28,278 nt of DNA from Candidatus Micrarchaeota archaeon (GCA_964647575.1 CAZYGF010000001.1:1-28278); one strand, 5' to 3'; positions 16,836-25,686 are shown, counted from the stretch's first letter. A program made the numbers and translations. The notes: a model not told the origin generated them from the letters alone.

Positions 16836-17548
16836 AGGTCCTCGCACTGATACTCGCCCGGGGCGGCTCGACCCGCATACCTAAGAAGAACATCGTCATG
16901 CTCGGAGGGCGCCCCCTCATCTTCTACACCATCGACGCTGCAAAGAGGTCAAAGCGCATAAACCGGATAATAGTTTCCACAGACAGCCGGGAAATCGCCG
17001 ACGTGGCCGTGAAATGCGGGGCAGAGGCGCCTTTCCTCAGGCCCGTGGAGATATCGAAATCAGATTCCACAGAGCTCGAAGCGTTCGAGCATGCGCTTGG
17101 CTGGCTCAAGGAGAACGAGGGCTATGTGCCCGACCTGATAGTCAAGCTCTTCCCGACATCGCCGTTCAGGAAGGCCGAATCAATAGACAAGGCGGTTGAG
17201 CTCATGATTGCCAATCCGGATGCGGACAGCGTCCGCTCAGTATGCCTCTGCAAGGAGCACCCCTACAAGATGTGGGTTATCGAGAACAAGCGCCTCAGGC
17301 CATTTGTGCCGTGGGAGAAGAAGCCGAAGGAGGCCCACACGCTCTCCTACCAGCTCCTGCCGCCGGTCTATGTGAACAACGCAAGCATCGATGTGACTAA
17401 ACCAGCAACGATATTCAATAAAAAATCCGTGACCGGAAGGGAGATCGTACCCTACCCGATGGAAGAATCGGAATCGCTCGACATCAATACCCGCATTGAC
17501 CTGGAACTCGCAAAAATCCTCATCGCGAAACCGCAGAAAGCCCGCTGA
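16832..17548 (+). CDS. neuA: CMP-ulosonic acid synthetase (acylneuraminate cytidylyltransferase family)
   Basis: ARGGSTRIPKKN, VSTD, PFLRP, PTSPFR, SLDI. ATGA overlap with the transketolase and GGAGGT RBS. Confidence 0.9.
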   Translation: MKVLALILARGGSTRIPKKNIVMLGGRPLIFYTIDAAKRSKRINRIIVSTDSREIADVAVKCGAEAPFLRPVEISKSDSTELEAFEHALGWLKENEGYVPDLIVKLFPTSPFRKAESIDKAVELMIANPDADSVRSVCLCKEHPYKMWVIENKRLRPFVPWEKKPKEAHTLSYQLLPPVYVNNASIDVTKPATIFNKKSVTGREIVPYPMEESESLDINTRIDLELAKILIAKPQKAR

Positions 17549-18784
17549 CTATACCACTTTCACTTCGGGCAGCGGCATGATGAACTTCCCGCCCTCATCC
17601 GCGAACCATTTCTCCTTCTTCGTTATCTCTTCGAAGTAGCTCCACGCCAGGATTAGTATGTAATCCGGCCTTTCCCTGTCTTCCCTCAGCCTTTTTGGCT
17701 GGAATATGGGTATGTGCACCCCCGGCATCACCCTGCCATACCTTTCCGGCGACTCATCAACCACATAATCAATCAAATCCTTCCCAAGGTTGCAGTAATT
17801 CAGCAGTATGGTGCCTCTTCCCGGCGCCCCGTAGGCGATTATCTTCTTGTTTTCGTATTTTAATTTTTTTATGAGGCCGGCAAGCTCCTTCTTTTTCCGT
17901 TCCACATTTTCCGCGAATTTCCTGTATCCCTTTTCGTCGTGCAGGCCCAGCGACTCTTCCAGGCGGATCAAATCGGCCACGGAGCGGTCCACATTATTTT
18001 TCCCGATTTTTTTCGCATGGACGCTTATGGAACCGGAATGTATCGGTATCCGTTTTACCCGTGTTATCTGCATCCCGTACCTGTTCATCAGGGCCTGGAG
18101 GGCCTTCACCGAGTAGTAGCACAGGTGCTCATGGTATATGGTATCGTACTGCACCTTCTCGATAAGGTCCACGATGTAGTGCACCTCAAAAACGAAAACG
18201 CCATCGTCTTTCAGCAATGTTTGTATGCCCTTCATGATGTCGTCTATGTCATCTATGTGCGCGAATACGTTATTCGCCAGCAGCATGTCCGCATTGCCCT
18301 TCTCGCTCCTGAGTTTTTCTGCAGTGCGTTCAGAGAAGAAATCGGTTATCACTTCCAACCCCTTTGCCTTCGCGACTTTCGCTATGTTCTCCGCCGGCTC
18401 AAATCCTATGCCCTTTACCCCCAGGTCCTCCAATGGCTTTAACAGGACGCCGTCATTGCATCCTATCTCCACAGCCAGCGAATCCCCGCCCAGCCCATAT
18501 TCCGAAACGAGCTCCCGTGCGTGCCGTTCGAAATGCTCCCGCAACGTTTTAGTGACCGATGACAGGTACCTGTAGTCCATGAACAGTATTTCCGGCGGCA
18601 CGATATCCATTATCTGCACCAGGGAGCAGGCCCTGCAGAAATAAACATCCAGCGGGAATTTCTGTTCCTGGGGTATCTGCTCCTCTTTTATGAATCCGCC
18701 TGCCAGCGGGACGTTTCCCAATGAAAGGAATCTTACGACATCCTTGCCATGGCAGACCCTGCAGTCCTCTCTATGGTTTAACAT
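17549..18784 (-). CDS. NDP-hexose 3-C-methyltransferase (TylC3/TcaB9/NovU family)
   Basis: Zn site CRVC...CRAC, EIGCNDG, NNVFAHI, IYHEH, YGAPGRG, PGVHIPI, LAWSY. Confidence 0.88.
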   Translation of the reverse strand: MLNHREDCRVCHGKDVVRFLSLGNVPLAGGFIKEEQIPQEQKFPLDVYFCRACSLVQIMDIVPPEILFMDYRYLSSVTKTLREHFERHARELVSEYGLGGDSLAVEIGCNDGVLLKPLEDLGVKGIGFEPAENIAKVAKAKGLEVITDFFSERTAEKLRSEKGNADMLLANNVFAHIDDIDDIMKGIQTLLKDDGVFVFEVHYIVDLIEKVQYDTIYHEHLCYYSVKALQALMNRYGMQITRVKRIPIHSGSISVHAKKIGKNNVDRSVADLIRLEESLGLHDEKGYRKFAENVERKKKELAGLIKKLKYENKKIIAYGAPGRGTILLNYCNLGKDLIDYVVDESPERYGRVMPGVHIPIFQPKRLREDRERPDYILILAWSYFEEITKKEKWFADEGGKFIMPLPEVKVV

Positions 18785-19643
18785 AAGGTTTCCTCTTCCA
18801 GGCGTAGGTCGTCATGTGCTGCGGATACGCTGTTTTCGTCTCGTACCCATATTCAGGGAGCAACTTCTCCAGCGCGTATCGTGTATACTTCCCGTCCACT
18901 ATGTGGTTGGATGCTATCGCCAGGTGGGCATCGCTCTGCGCCAAAATCCGTTTCGCTCCCTTTACGGTCTCTATCTCGGCCCCTTCGATATCCATCTTTA
19001 TGAAATCCACCTTCTCTATGCCCAGCGCCCTGAGCTCTTCGTCCAGGGTGACCACCGGCACCTCGATGACGCTTTTGGCCGCGCTTGGATTCGGGATTAT
19101 CGGGCTTTTCGACTTGTCCAGGAAAAGCGTGGACGTTCCCAGCCCCTTATTGTCGAACTTCATCTTCCCGGATTTGCTCCAGGTCGCCTTGTTCAGCAAT
19201 ATGACGTTGTGCACGCCGTTCATTTCTAGATTCCTGGCTGTCCTTTCATAATTGACCGGGTCCGGCTCGAACGCTATCACCTTCCCGTTTTTCCCGGCGA
19301 GTTTTGCCGCATATATGGTGAAGATGCCTATGTACGCCCCGCAGTCCACTATGGTGTCTCCTTCCGTGATATTGTATGCGCCCAAATCCCCCTTTAGGAG
19401 GTGGGGGATGCGGCTCCAGAACTCATCCAGGTTCCACATGTCCTTGGGGCATTTCAACGAGATGCCGTTGGAGAACCGGTATTCGAAATAATTGTCGCCC
19501 CCGGCAATCTCGCACGGGATGTTGTGCGTATGATAATAGATGGGGTATAGCTTAAGCCGCAGGAAATCCTTGGGCGCGCATTCCGGGCAATACTGGAAAA
19601 ACCTGAAAAATACCGCATTTTCCATCTTTGTAAGTATGCCCAT
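18771..19643 (-). CDS. FkbM-family SAM methyltransferase
   Basis: VDCGAYIG, AFEPDP, FIKMDIEGAE. GGTGA RBS. Confidence 0.87.
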   Translation of the reverse strand: MGILTKMENAVFFRFFQYCPECAPKDFLRLKLYPIYYHTHNIPCEIAGGDNYFEYRFSNGISLKCPKDMWNLDEFWSRIPHLLKGDLGAYNITEGDTIVDCGAYIGIFTIYAAKLAGKNGKVIAFEPDPVNYERTARNLEMNGVHNVILLNKATWSKSGKMKFDNKGLGTSTLFLDKSKSPIIPNPSAAKSVIEVPVVTLDEELRALGIEKVDFIKMDIEGAEIETVKGAKRILAQSDAHLAIASNHIVDGKYTRYALEKLLPEYGYETKTAYPQHMTTYAWKRKPYVKP

Positions 19644-19676
19644 GTCTTCACCAATCTAATTCGGCATCGCGCGTCG

Positions 19677-20570
19677 CTACGTCATTATTCCTTTCGTCTG
19701 CTTCCTTTTATTTCTTATCCATCCCAGGTCGAAGGACTCCGCTATGCCCTGCACGGTCGCAATGCCGCAATCCCAGCTGGTGAACAGCGTGTGCATCATG
19801 CCCGCCAGCAATACCCTCGCGAAAACCAGGGGGGAGAGCAGGACTATCTTGTAGGCTGGGTAAAATCCGAAAAAAAAGAGCAGCTTGTTCCTTGTGTACA
19901 GTCGGCATATGTCCGCCTTGGTGAAATTGCGCTTTACCGAGCCCTGGTGGAAATGGTAGAGCACCGAATCCTGGCACATCCTGATCATGTTGCCGCCAGC
20001 CCTGAGCCTGAAGGAGTAGTCGATGTCCTCCCAATACAGGAAGTATCTCTCTTCCATGGGAAATTTCTTCACCACCGCGGTCCTGAGCAACGTCGCGCCC
20101 AGCCCGGCATAGGGGATGTCCTCCATCGGCACTGTGCTGACGTTGCCGGAACAGGTTACAACATCGAACCGGGTGCCTGCCGCTTCCACCTTGCCTGTTT
20201 TTGGCGAGACCAGCCTGCTCATGACCGCCACCACCGACTTATCTTTTTCCAAAACATCCACGGATTTGGCGAGCCATCTCTTGTCAGGGATTATGTCTTC
20301 GTTCAGGAACGCCACATATTCTCCGCTCAGATGCGCGATGGAGCGGTTGAGCCCGCCGGCGCACCCGTAGTTCTTATCCAATTTTATCAGCTTCACCTTG
20401 TCCCTGTATGCGCCCGCGGCAATGAAATCCGTCGTTCCATCGTCGCTCCCATTGTCCACTATGATTACGTTCATCGCAGGGTAGTCCGTTTCCAATATCC
20501 TGGGGAGCGTCGTTTCCAATATGGCGCCGCTGTTGTACGCCAGGATGACCACATCCACTTTAGGTTTCAT
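19677..20570 (-). CDS. GT2 glycosyltransferase (rhamnosyltransferase-like)
   Basis: VILAYN, VDNGSDD, NYGCAGGLN, LNEDI, YFLYWEDIDYSFR, YHFHQGS. Confidence 0.88.
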   Translation of the reverse strand: MKPKVDVVILAYNSGAILETTLPRILETDYPAMNVIIVDNGSDDGTTDFIAAGAYRDKVKLIKLDKNYGCAGGLNRSIAHLSGEYVAFLNEDIIPDKRWLAKSVDVLEKDKSVVAVMSRLVSPKTGKVEAAGTRFDVVTCSGNVSTVPMEDIPYAGLGATLLRTAVVKKFPMEERYFLYWEDIDYSFRLRAGGNMIRMCQDSVLYHFHQGSVKRNFTKADICRLYTRNKLLFFFGFYPAYKIVLLSPLVFARVLLAGMMHTLFTSWDCGIATVQGIAESFDLGWIRNKRKQTKGIMT

Positions 20571-21306
20571 CGCCGCCCCCCAGCTTGTATTTTTTCCATC
20601 TTGTAGAATCGAGCGACATGTCCACCATCAGGCGGTAATCCGCTGTTTTTTCAAATTGCGCATAGGAGATGGGCTTTACCCCCGGCGTAGTCATTTTTGC
20701 GAGGTCGTACATGCTCAGCTTCCTGTCGCCTGTTATGTGGATTATGCCCGTCTGCCCGGCCTGGTAAACCTCATTTATGGCGCGGGCCAGGCCGTCGGCA
20801 AACAGATAAGTGCCATACCTGTCGATAAACGCCCCCTCATAGGGCCATTTCTCCTTTGGCACGAAATTAGCGCGGATTATCAGCTTCTTCTCCAGGGGGG
20901 CAGCGTCAACTGCGGTTTCGGCGACCAGTTTCGTGATGCCGTAATAGCTCCCCGGCGCCGGTACGTCGTCTTCCCTGTACCCGCCCTTCCCGCCGTCAAA
21001 AACACAGGCAGTCGACATGTAGATGAAATAGCATTTTTTATCGTGCTTTGCGCAGGCACCCAGCAGGTTCTTGGTGCCCTCGACGTTTATCCTCCACGCC
21101 TTCCCCTTGTCGTGTTCGCATCCAGGGACGCTGGTCATGGCGGCCAGATGGAATATCGCATCGGGCTTATGCCGTTCGATATAACCCTCTACCATCTTTT
21201 TATCAGTAATATCCAATTCTTTGCTATCCGGGGTTAAGGCATCCACAAAGATTTTTTTCATCTCTTTCCCAAGCCTTCCCGAAGCCCCGGTTATCAAAAC
21301 GCTCAT
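20560..21306 (-). CDS. NDP-4-keto-6-deoxyhexose reductase (RmlD-like SDR)
   Basis: TGASGRLG, LDIT, HLAAMT, STACVF, YYGITK. Start placed at ATG 21306 (ATGA overlap with the upstream stop). Confidence 0.82.
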   Translation of the reverse strand: MSVLITGASGRLGKEMKKIFVDALTPDSKELDITDKKMVEGYIERHKPDAIFHLAAMTSVPGCEHDKGKAWRINVEGTKNLLGACAKHDKKCYFIYMSTACVFDGGKGGYREDDVPAPGSYYGITKLVAETAVDAAPLEKKLIIRANFVPKEKWPYEGAFIDRYGTYLFADGLARAINEVYQAGQTGIIHITGDRKLSMYDLAKMTTPGVKPISYAQFEKTADYRLMVDMSLDSTRWKKYKLGGGDET

Positions 21307-22247
21307 GCCAGCCACTTCGTGCTCGTCAAAAGGCCCCGTATCCCCGCCTTGTCCAGCTTCTTGGCATTACCGGACGTGAATTCGTCAACCCTGCCGCTTT
21401 CATAGGCATCGCGTGGGTGGATGATGAAATATTCCGGTTTCTCCTCAGTCCTCATCATCTCCTCTTCCTGGACAAGCGTCTCGTGGATCTTCTCCCCGGG
21501 CCTGATTTTCGAGATGTGAGTCTTGACCCCATAATGCTGGGCGATGACCTCTGCCAGGTCCAGCATGTAGCCGGACGGGGATTTCCTCACGAACAGCTCG
21601 CCGCCCTTCCCGTTCTGCAGCGCATAGAAAACGAGGCCTATGGCATCATCCAGGGTCAGCAGGAATCTCGTCATGTCCTTGTGCGTCACACCGAGGGGCT
21701 TTTTCTCCTTGGCCAGGCCGACGAAATAAGGGACGACGCTGCCCCTGCTCCCCACGATGTTCCCGTACCTTACGCCCACAATCTTGGTGCCATGGTCGAA
21801 TTCATCAGATAAGAATATCTTTTCCTGGAGCGCCTTTGACATGCCCATGGCATTGACTGGCTTCACCGCCTTGTCGGTGGATATGAACACGATCTTGCCA
21901 ACCCCCTCCTCCACGGCGAGCCTCTTGACGTTGTACGCGCCCGTTATGTTCGTTTTCACCGCTTCCATTGGGTGGATTTCGCATTCGGGCACCTGTTTCA
22001 GCGCAGCGGCATGGAATACAGTATCCACGTCCCTCATGGCCTCCTTCACCCTGTCGTGGTCCCTCACGTCGCCCAATACGAAATTGAACTCAGGATACTC
22101 CATTTTCATCTCGAACTGGAGGTTCTCATGGCGCGAAAGTATGCGGACCTCCTTCGGCTTCAGAGGTATCAGTTTGCTCGCTATCGTGTGCCCGAAACTT
22201 CCGGTCCCGCCGGTTACCAGAACCACTTTACCCGTAATGTGCTCCAT
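21303..22247 (-). CDS. UDP-GlcNAc 4,6-dehydratase/epimerase (FnlA/CapE/WbjB-like)
   Basis: TGGTGSFG, HAAALKQVP, STDKAVKPVNAMGMSK (Met at the Tyr position), RYGNIVGSRGSV, MTRF, RPGEK. Confidence 0.88.
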   Translation of the reverse strand: MEHITGKVVLVTGGTGSFGHTIASKLIPLKPKEVRILSRHENLQFEMKMEYPEFNFVLGDVRDHDRVKEAMRDVDTVFHAAALKQVPECEIHPMEAVKTNITGAYNVKRLAVEEGVGKIVFISTDKAVKPVNAMGMSKALQEKIFLSDEFDHGTKIVGVRYGNIVGSRGSVVPYFVGLAKEKKPLGVTHKDMTRFLLTLDDAIGLVFYALQNGKGGELFVRKSPSGYMLDLAEVIAQHYGVKTHISKIRPGEKIHETLVQEEEMMRTEEKPEYFIIHPRDAYESGRVDEFTSGNAKKLDKAGIRGLLTSTKWLA

Positions 22248-22320
22248 AGAAGTACCCGTTCAAAACGTGTTTTTTGCTGCGCGGCTCAGATTTGCCTCTC
22301 ATAAGTATTGAAGTGAAATC

Positions 22321-22343
22321 TTTATATTGGCTATTACGGTAAT
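22321..22343 (+). promoter_or_regulatory. TATA-like box TTTATA (22321-22326) followed by palindrome ATTAC-G-GTAAT (22333-22343)
   Basis: Lies in the AT-rich divergent gap; the box ends 25 nt before ATG 22352. Confidence 0.45.
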
Positions 22344-22351
22344 TAACCTGC

Positions 22352-23005
22352 ATGGCATTAAGACAGACTCTTAAAAGCGTGCTATGCCCCTTTTACGAAC
22401 CTTTCATACCTAGTTATGAAACCGAACTAAGAAACGCCGTGGCTGGCTGCAAAAGCCTGCTGGACGTCGGCTGCGGTTCTTCCTCTCCCATAAAGGCCTT
22501 CTCGAAAAGCCTATACTGCGTCGGAGTGGACCTTTTCGAACCCAGCATCAAGGAGAGCAGGAAACAAAAAATCCATAACATGTGTTACGTGCTGGATGTC
22601 CTCGACATAGATAAGCGTTTCAAGGAAAAATCCTTCGATTGCGTCGTGGCCCTGGGGGTCATAGAGCACCTGGATAAAAAAGCCGGTATCGCGCTATTGA
22701 AAAAAATGGAGAAAGTCGCTAAGAAAAAAATAATCATCACAATGCCCAACGGCTTCGTGCCCCAGGGCGTTCATTTCGGCAATCCCCTCCAGGTCCACAG
22801 GTCCGGCTGGACCGTTGAAGAGATGAGGCGGTACGGATATGACGTGATCGGCATAAGCGGGTGGAAACCCCTCCGTGGGGAGGCCGGCCATATAAAATAT
22901 CAGCCCGATACGTTCTGGGCTGGCGTTTCCCTCCTGTCAAAACCAATCGTGAGAAACATGCCCGAACATGCCTTTGAACTGCTGTGCATCAAGCAGCTCT
23001 CATGA
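22352..23005 (+). CDS. Class I SAM-dependent methyltransferase
   Basis: LLDVGCG, GVDL, SFDCVVALGVIEHL, ITMPN. Confidence 0.85.
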   Translation: MALRQTLKSVLCPFYEPFIPSYETELRNAVAGCKSLLDVGCGSSSPIKAFSKSLYCVGVDLFEPSIKESRKQKIHNMCYVLDVLDIDKRFKEKSFDCVVALGVIEHLDKKAGIALLKKMEKVAKKKIIITMPNGFVPQGVHFGNPLQVHRSGWTVEEMRRYGYDVIGISGWKPLRGEAGHIKYQPDTFWAGVSLLSKPIVRNMPEHAFELLCIKQLS

Positions 23006-23057
23006 GCCTGCCGGCAGCAATCAGGCCGTGTATCGCATTTTTATTCGTGCGGGTCTA

Positions 23058-24464
23058 ATGAAAAACCAACAATGTCCCGAGGTGGATCCGATAACCAAAT
23101 CAAGGCCAAAAGTGAGACTTCTATACCCCCCAGACATCACCACCGTTGAGTTCGGTGTCCTCTTCTCCCTCTATCTCAAGGCGTTGGAGAAGCTTTCAAA
23201 AGAAGGTTTTGATGTAGGGGTAATAGGCCGTATGCCGGAGTCTGCTTTCAGGAAAACCTACGACACCTCCCTGTCATATCTGGACTTCTTCAAATCCGGA
23301 CAATTCTCAAGGAAACTCTCGCAAAAAGAGGTGGAAGATGCGGAGACTTATATGGGGCTCCCCTTCAACTACATCCTCTTTGCCAACCAGAAACGGTGGC
23401 ACTGGCTGAGCAAGCCCGGCCTGTACGAGAAAGCCGCCAGGGAAGTGTATGCATGGAAAGATGCCCTGAAAGACACGGACGTCATCCTCCCCACCCTGGA
23501 CAACCTGTTTTTCTTGTATAGCGCCGAGCGGGTCGCTGACCGGATGGGCGTGAAAATCATCAAGCCGATCCGCGGGCGCCTGGTCAATGACAGCCTGATT
23601 TTCTGGGACAAGGACAATCTCCCCATCTACTACAAGACGGATTACGGCGGCGATATCGCGGAGAAATTCACTGCAAGGGCATTAAGCCAGAAAACCAACG
23701 TGAAAATCGCCGAAACGGCCATAATCAAGACGGAAAACCTGCGCAAGCGGCTGATGGACGTGCCCCGAAAATTCAAGCTGTTGTTCCAGAGCAACAGGGC
23801 CGGTGTGGACGCGGATATCCCTGCATTCATCCCGAAATACAAGCGCCTCATATCAATGGGCCTGAGGCTCCTTGTCTACCCGAAGCTGCATGCCCTTTTC
23901 TTCGAGCGCCCCAAAAAAGAGGCGTATTTCCTATTTCCGCTCCATTACGAATGGGAAGCGCAACTGGCATTCCGTGAGCCTTTCATAAGCCAGCTCGGCC
24001 TGGCGAAGCAAATCTCGGAAATCCTGCCCAGCAACACGTACCTCTATATCAAGGTCCACCCGCATTGGAAAAACGCAGACCAGAGCCTGCGGGCGGTGTA
24101 CGGGCTGAGGAAAGCGAAGAATGTCCGTTTCATCCACCCGGAAGAGAATACCACCGACCTGGTCAGGAATTCCCTCGGGGTCATCATAATCAACTCCACC
24201 GTCGGCTATGAGGCCATCCTCCTGAAAAAGCCGCTGGTAGTGCTGGGGCATGAGGCGTATAAGGAGGCCGCGATAGACATGAAGGACCTGGCCGAGCTCC
24301 CGAAAACGCTCGCAAGGATAAAAAGCGGGGAATACAAGGTCGACGCAACGCATTACGAAAACTTCCTGAAAAAATACGCTGGCAACATCACCTCCACCAA
24401 TGACCCGGAGAAATTCACCCACGAGCTGAAGAACGTCATACTCTGGGTTCTTCAAAACGGCTGA
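23058..24464 (+). CDS. KpsS/KpsC-like (Capsule_synth family) protein, candidate CMP-ulosonate transferase
   Basis: FLFPLHYEWEAQ, YIKVHPHW, INSTVGYEAILLKKPLVVLG. Start placed at ATG 23058; alternatives GTG 23082 and 23112. Confidence 0.72.
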   Translation: MKNQQCPEVDPITKSRPKVRLLYPPDITTVEFGVLFSLYLKALEKLSKEGFDVGVIGRMPESAFRKTYDTSLSYLDFFKSGQFSRKLSQKEVEDAETYMGLPFNYILFANQKRWHWLSKPGLYEKAAREVYAWKDALKDTDVILPTLDNLFFLYSAERVADRMGVKIIKPIRGRLVNDSLIFWDKDNLPIYYKTDYGGDIAEKFTARALSQKTNVKIAETAIIKTENLRKRLMDVPRKFKLLFQSNRAGVDADIPAFIPKYKRLISMGLRLLVYPKLHALFFERPKKEAYFLFPLHYEWEAQLAFREPFISQLGLAKQISEILPSNTYLYIKVHPHWKNADQSLRAVYGLRKAKNVRFIHPEENTTDLVRNSLGVIIINSTVGYEAILLKKPLVVLGHEAYKEAAIDMKDLAELPKTLARIKSGEYKVDATHYENFLKKYAGNITSTNDPEKFTHELKNVILWVLQNG

Positions 24465-24493
24465 AACGGCCCGCCACACGGCGTGCACCATGC

Positions 24494-24501
24494 TATATAA
24501 A
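24494..24501 (+). promoter_or_regulatory. TATA-like box TATATAAA upstream of the dehydratase gene
   Basis: Lies in the intergenic gap; a GAGGT RBS-like element at 24530-24534 precedes ATG 24541. Confidence 0.45.
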
Positions 24502-24540
24502 CGTTATCAGATACTATCCCTCCAGAGATGAGGTCTTCTT

Positions 24541-25671
24541 ATGAACCTTTGCACTCTCGATAGCATTTTTGATCGTTCCAAATTCGAGCGCCTCGTGTCC
24601 GCCGGGTTCCTGATGGACATCGACGACATTGAAAAATATGTCGAAGGCCATGTGAAATCCACAAAGCCCAGCCCCAGGTTCTGGTCCGGAAAACGCGTTT
24701 TTGTAAGCGGCGCGGCTGGCATGGTGGGAAGCACCATAATAGACATCCTGGTCGGCATGGGCGCAGAGGTCCACGGGGCGGTGAAGCGCCATGGGCTGCC
24801 GAGCTACCCATACCTCCAATCAAGCCTCCAGGAAGGGAAACTCAAGCTCGCCGAAGTGGACCTCAGGGATTACAGCCGGGTGGCCGGGCTCATCAGGGAG
24901 ATCGAGCCGCACGTGATATTCCACCAGGCCGCGGAATCATTCGTGCCCACGAGCATACAGCAGCCGAGCCACGTGGTCGAGAACAACTGCGTCAGCACCG
25001 TGAACCTGCTGGAAGCCGCCACCAAGGATGACAAGAACCTTGAAGGGCTGCAGCTGGCCTGCTCATCCGAGCAGTACGGCTTCATCAAGAGCATGGAAGA
25101 GCTGCCAGTGAAAGAGACAAACGAATTGCGGCCGACTTCGACCTATGCGGCCACCAAGGTGTTCACGGAATATCTCGCCAAGTCCTATTTCTATTCCTAC
25201 CGCACGCCCACGGTCATAACCCGGACCTTCAACCAGGAAGGCCCGAGGAGGGGGCCGCAGTTCTTCACCGCAAGAATCGCCATACAGGTGAACGACTGCC
25301 TGAAGGGAAAAGCCAGGCAAATGGTGATGGGCAATCCCAATTCGGTGCGCGATTTCACCCATGTGCATGACTCTGCGGCCGCCCAGATAATCGCGGTCGA
25401 GAAGTGCAACCGCGGGGAGGCATACAACATCTGCTCCGGCAGGGGCATAACCACCGGCGACTACGCGAAGCTCGCCCTGCGCACGTTCAGCCTGGAAGGC
25501 AAGGTCCCGATCATGGTCGACAAGTCGCTTCTCAGGCCGTATGAGCGCGGCGAAGCGCTCATCGACGGTTTCATCGGGAACAACGGCAAGTTCTCTGAAA
25601 AAACAGGGTGGAAGCCGGTCAGGAGCATCCTGGACATCATCAGGGACGGCGTGGCCCACTATTCGGCCTGA
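24541..25671 (+). CDS. GDP-mannose 4,6-dehydratase / GDP-4-keto-6-deoxy-sugar reductase-like extended SDR
   Basis: [56 protein letters not shown]. Alternative start at ATG 24613. Confidence 0.8.
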   Translation: MNLCTLDSIFDRSKFERLVSAGFLMDIDDIEKYVEGHVKSTKPSPRFWSGKRVFVSGAAGMVGSTIIDILVGMGAEVHGAVKRHGLPSYPYLQSSLQEGKLKLAEVDLRDYSRVAGLIREIEPHVIFHQAAESFVPTSIQQPSHVVENNCVSTVNLLEAATKDDKNLEGLQLACSSEQYGFIKSMEELPVKETNELRPTSTYAATKVFTEYLAKSYFYSYRTPTVITRTFNQEGPRRGPQFFTARIAIQVNDCLKGKARQMVMGNPNSVRDFTHVHDSAAAQIIAVEKCNRGEAYNICSGRGITTGDYAKLALRTFSLEGKVPIMVDKSLLRPYERGEALIDGFIGNNGKFSEKTGWKPVRSILDIIRDGVAHYSA

Positions 25672-25686
25672 CCCACGGCTGGCATA

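Noticed and set aside
11094-22247. Pseudaminic or legionaminic acid pathway (PseB + PseI-like pairing)
   Set aside because: No aminotransferase, N-acetyltransferase or nucleotide hydrolase is in the window. The dehydratase has the NAMGxSK (FnlA-type) rather than the NLYGATK (PseB-type) signature, and the synthase resembles the 9-phosphate clade.
24528-24563. 11-codon upstream ORF ([11 protein letters not shown]) overlapping the dehydratase start
   Set aside because: Its ATGAGG is adequately explained as the RBS for ATG 24541, and there is no other evidence of function.
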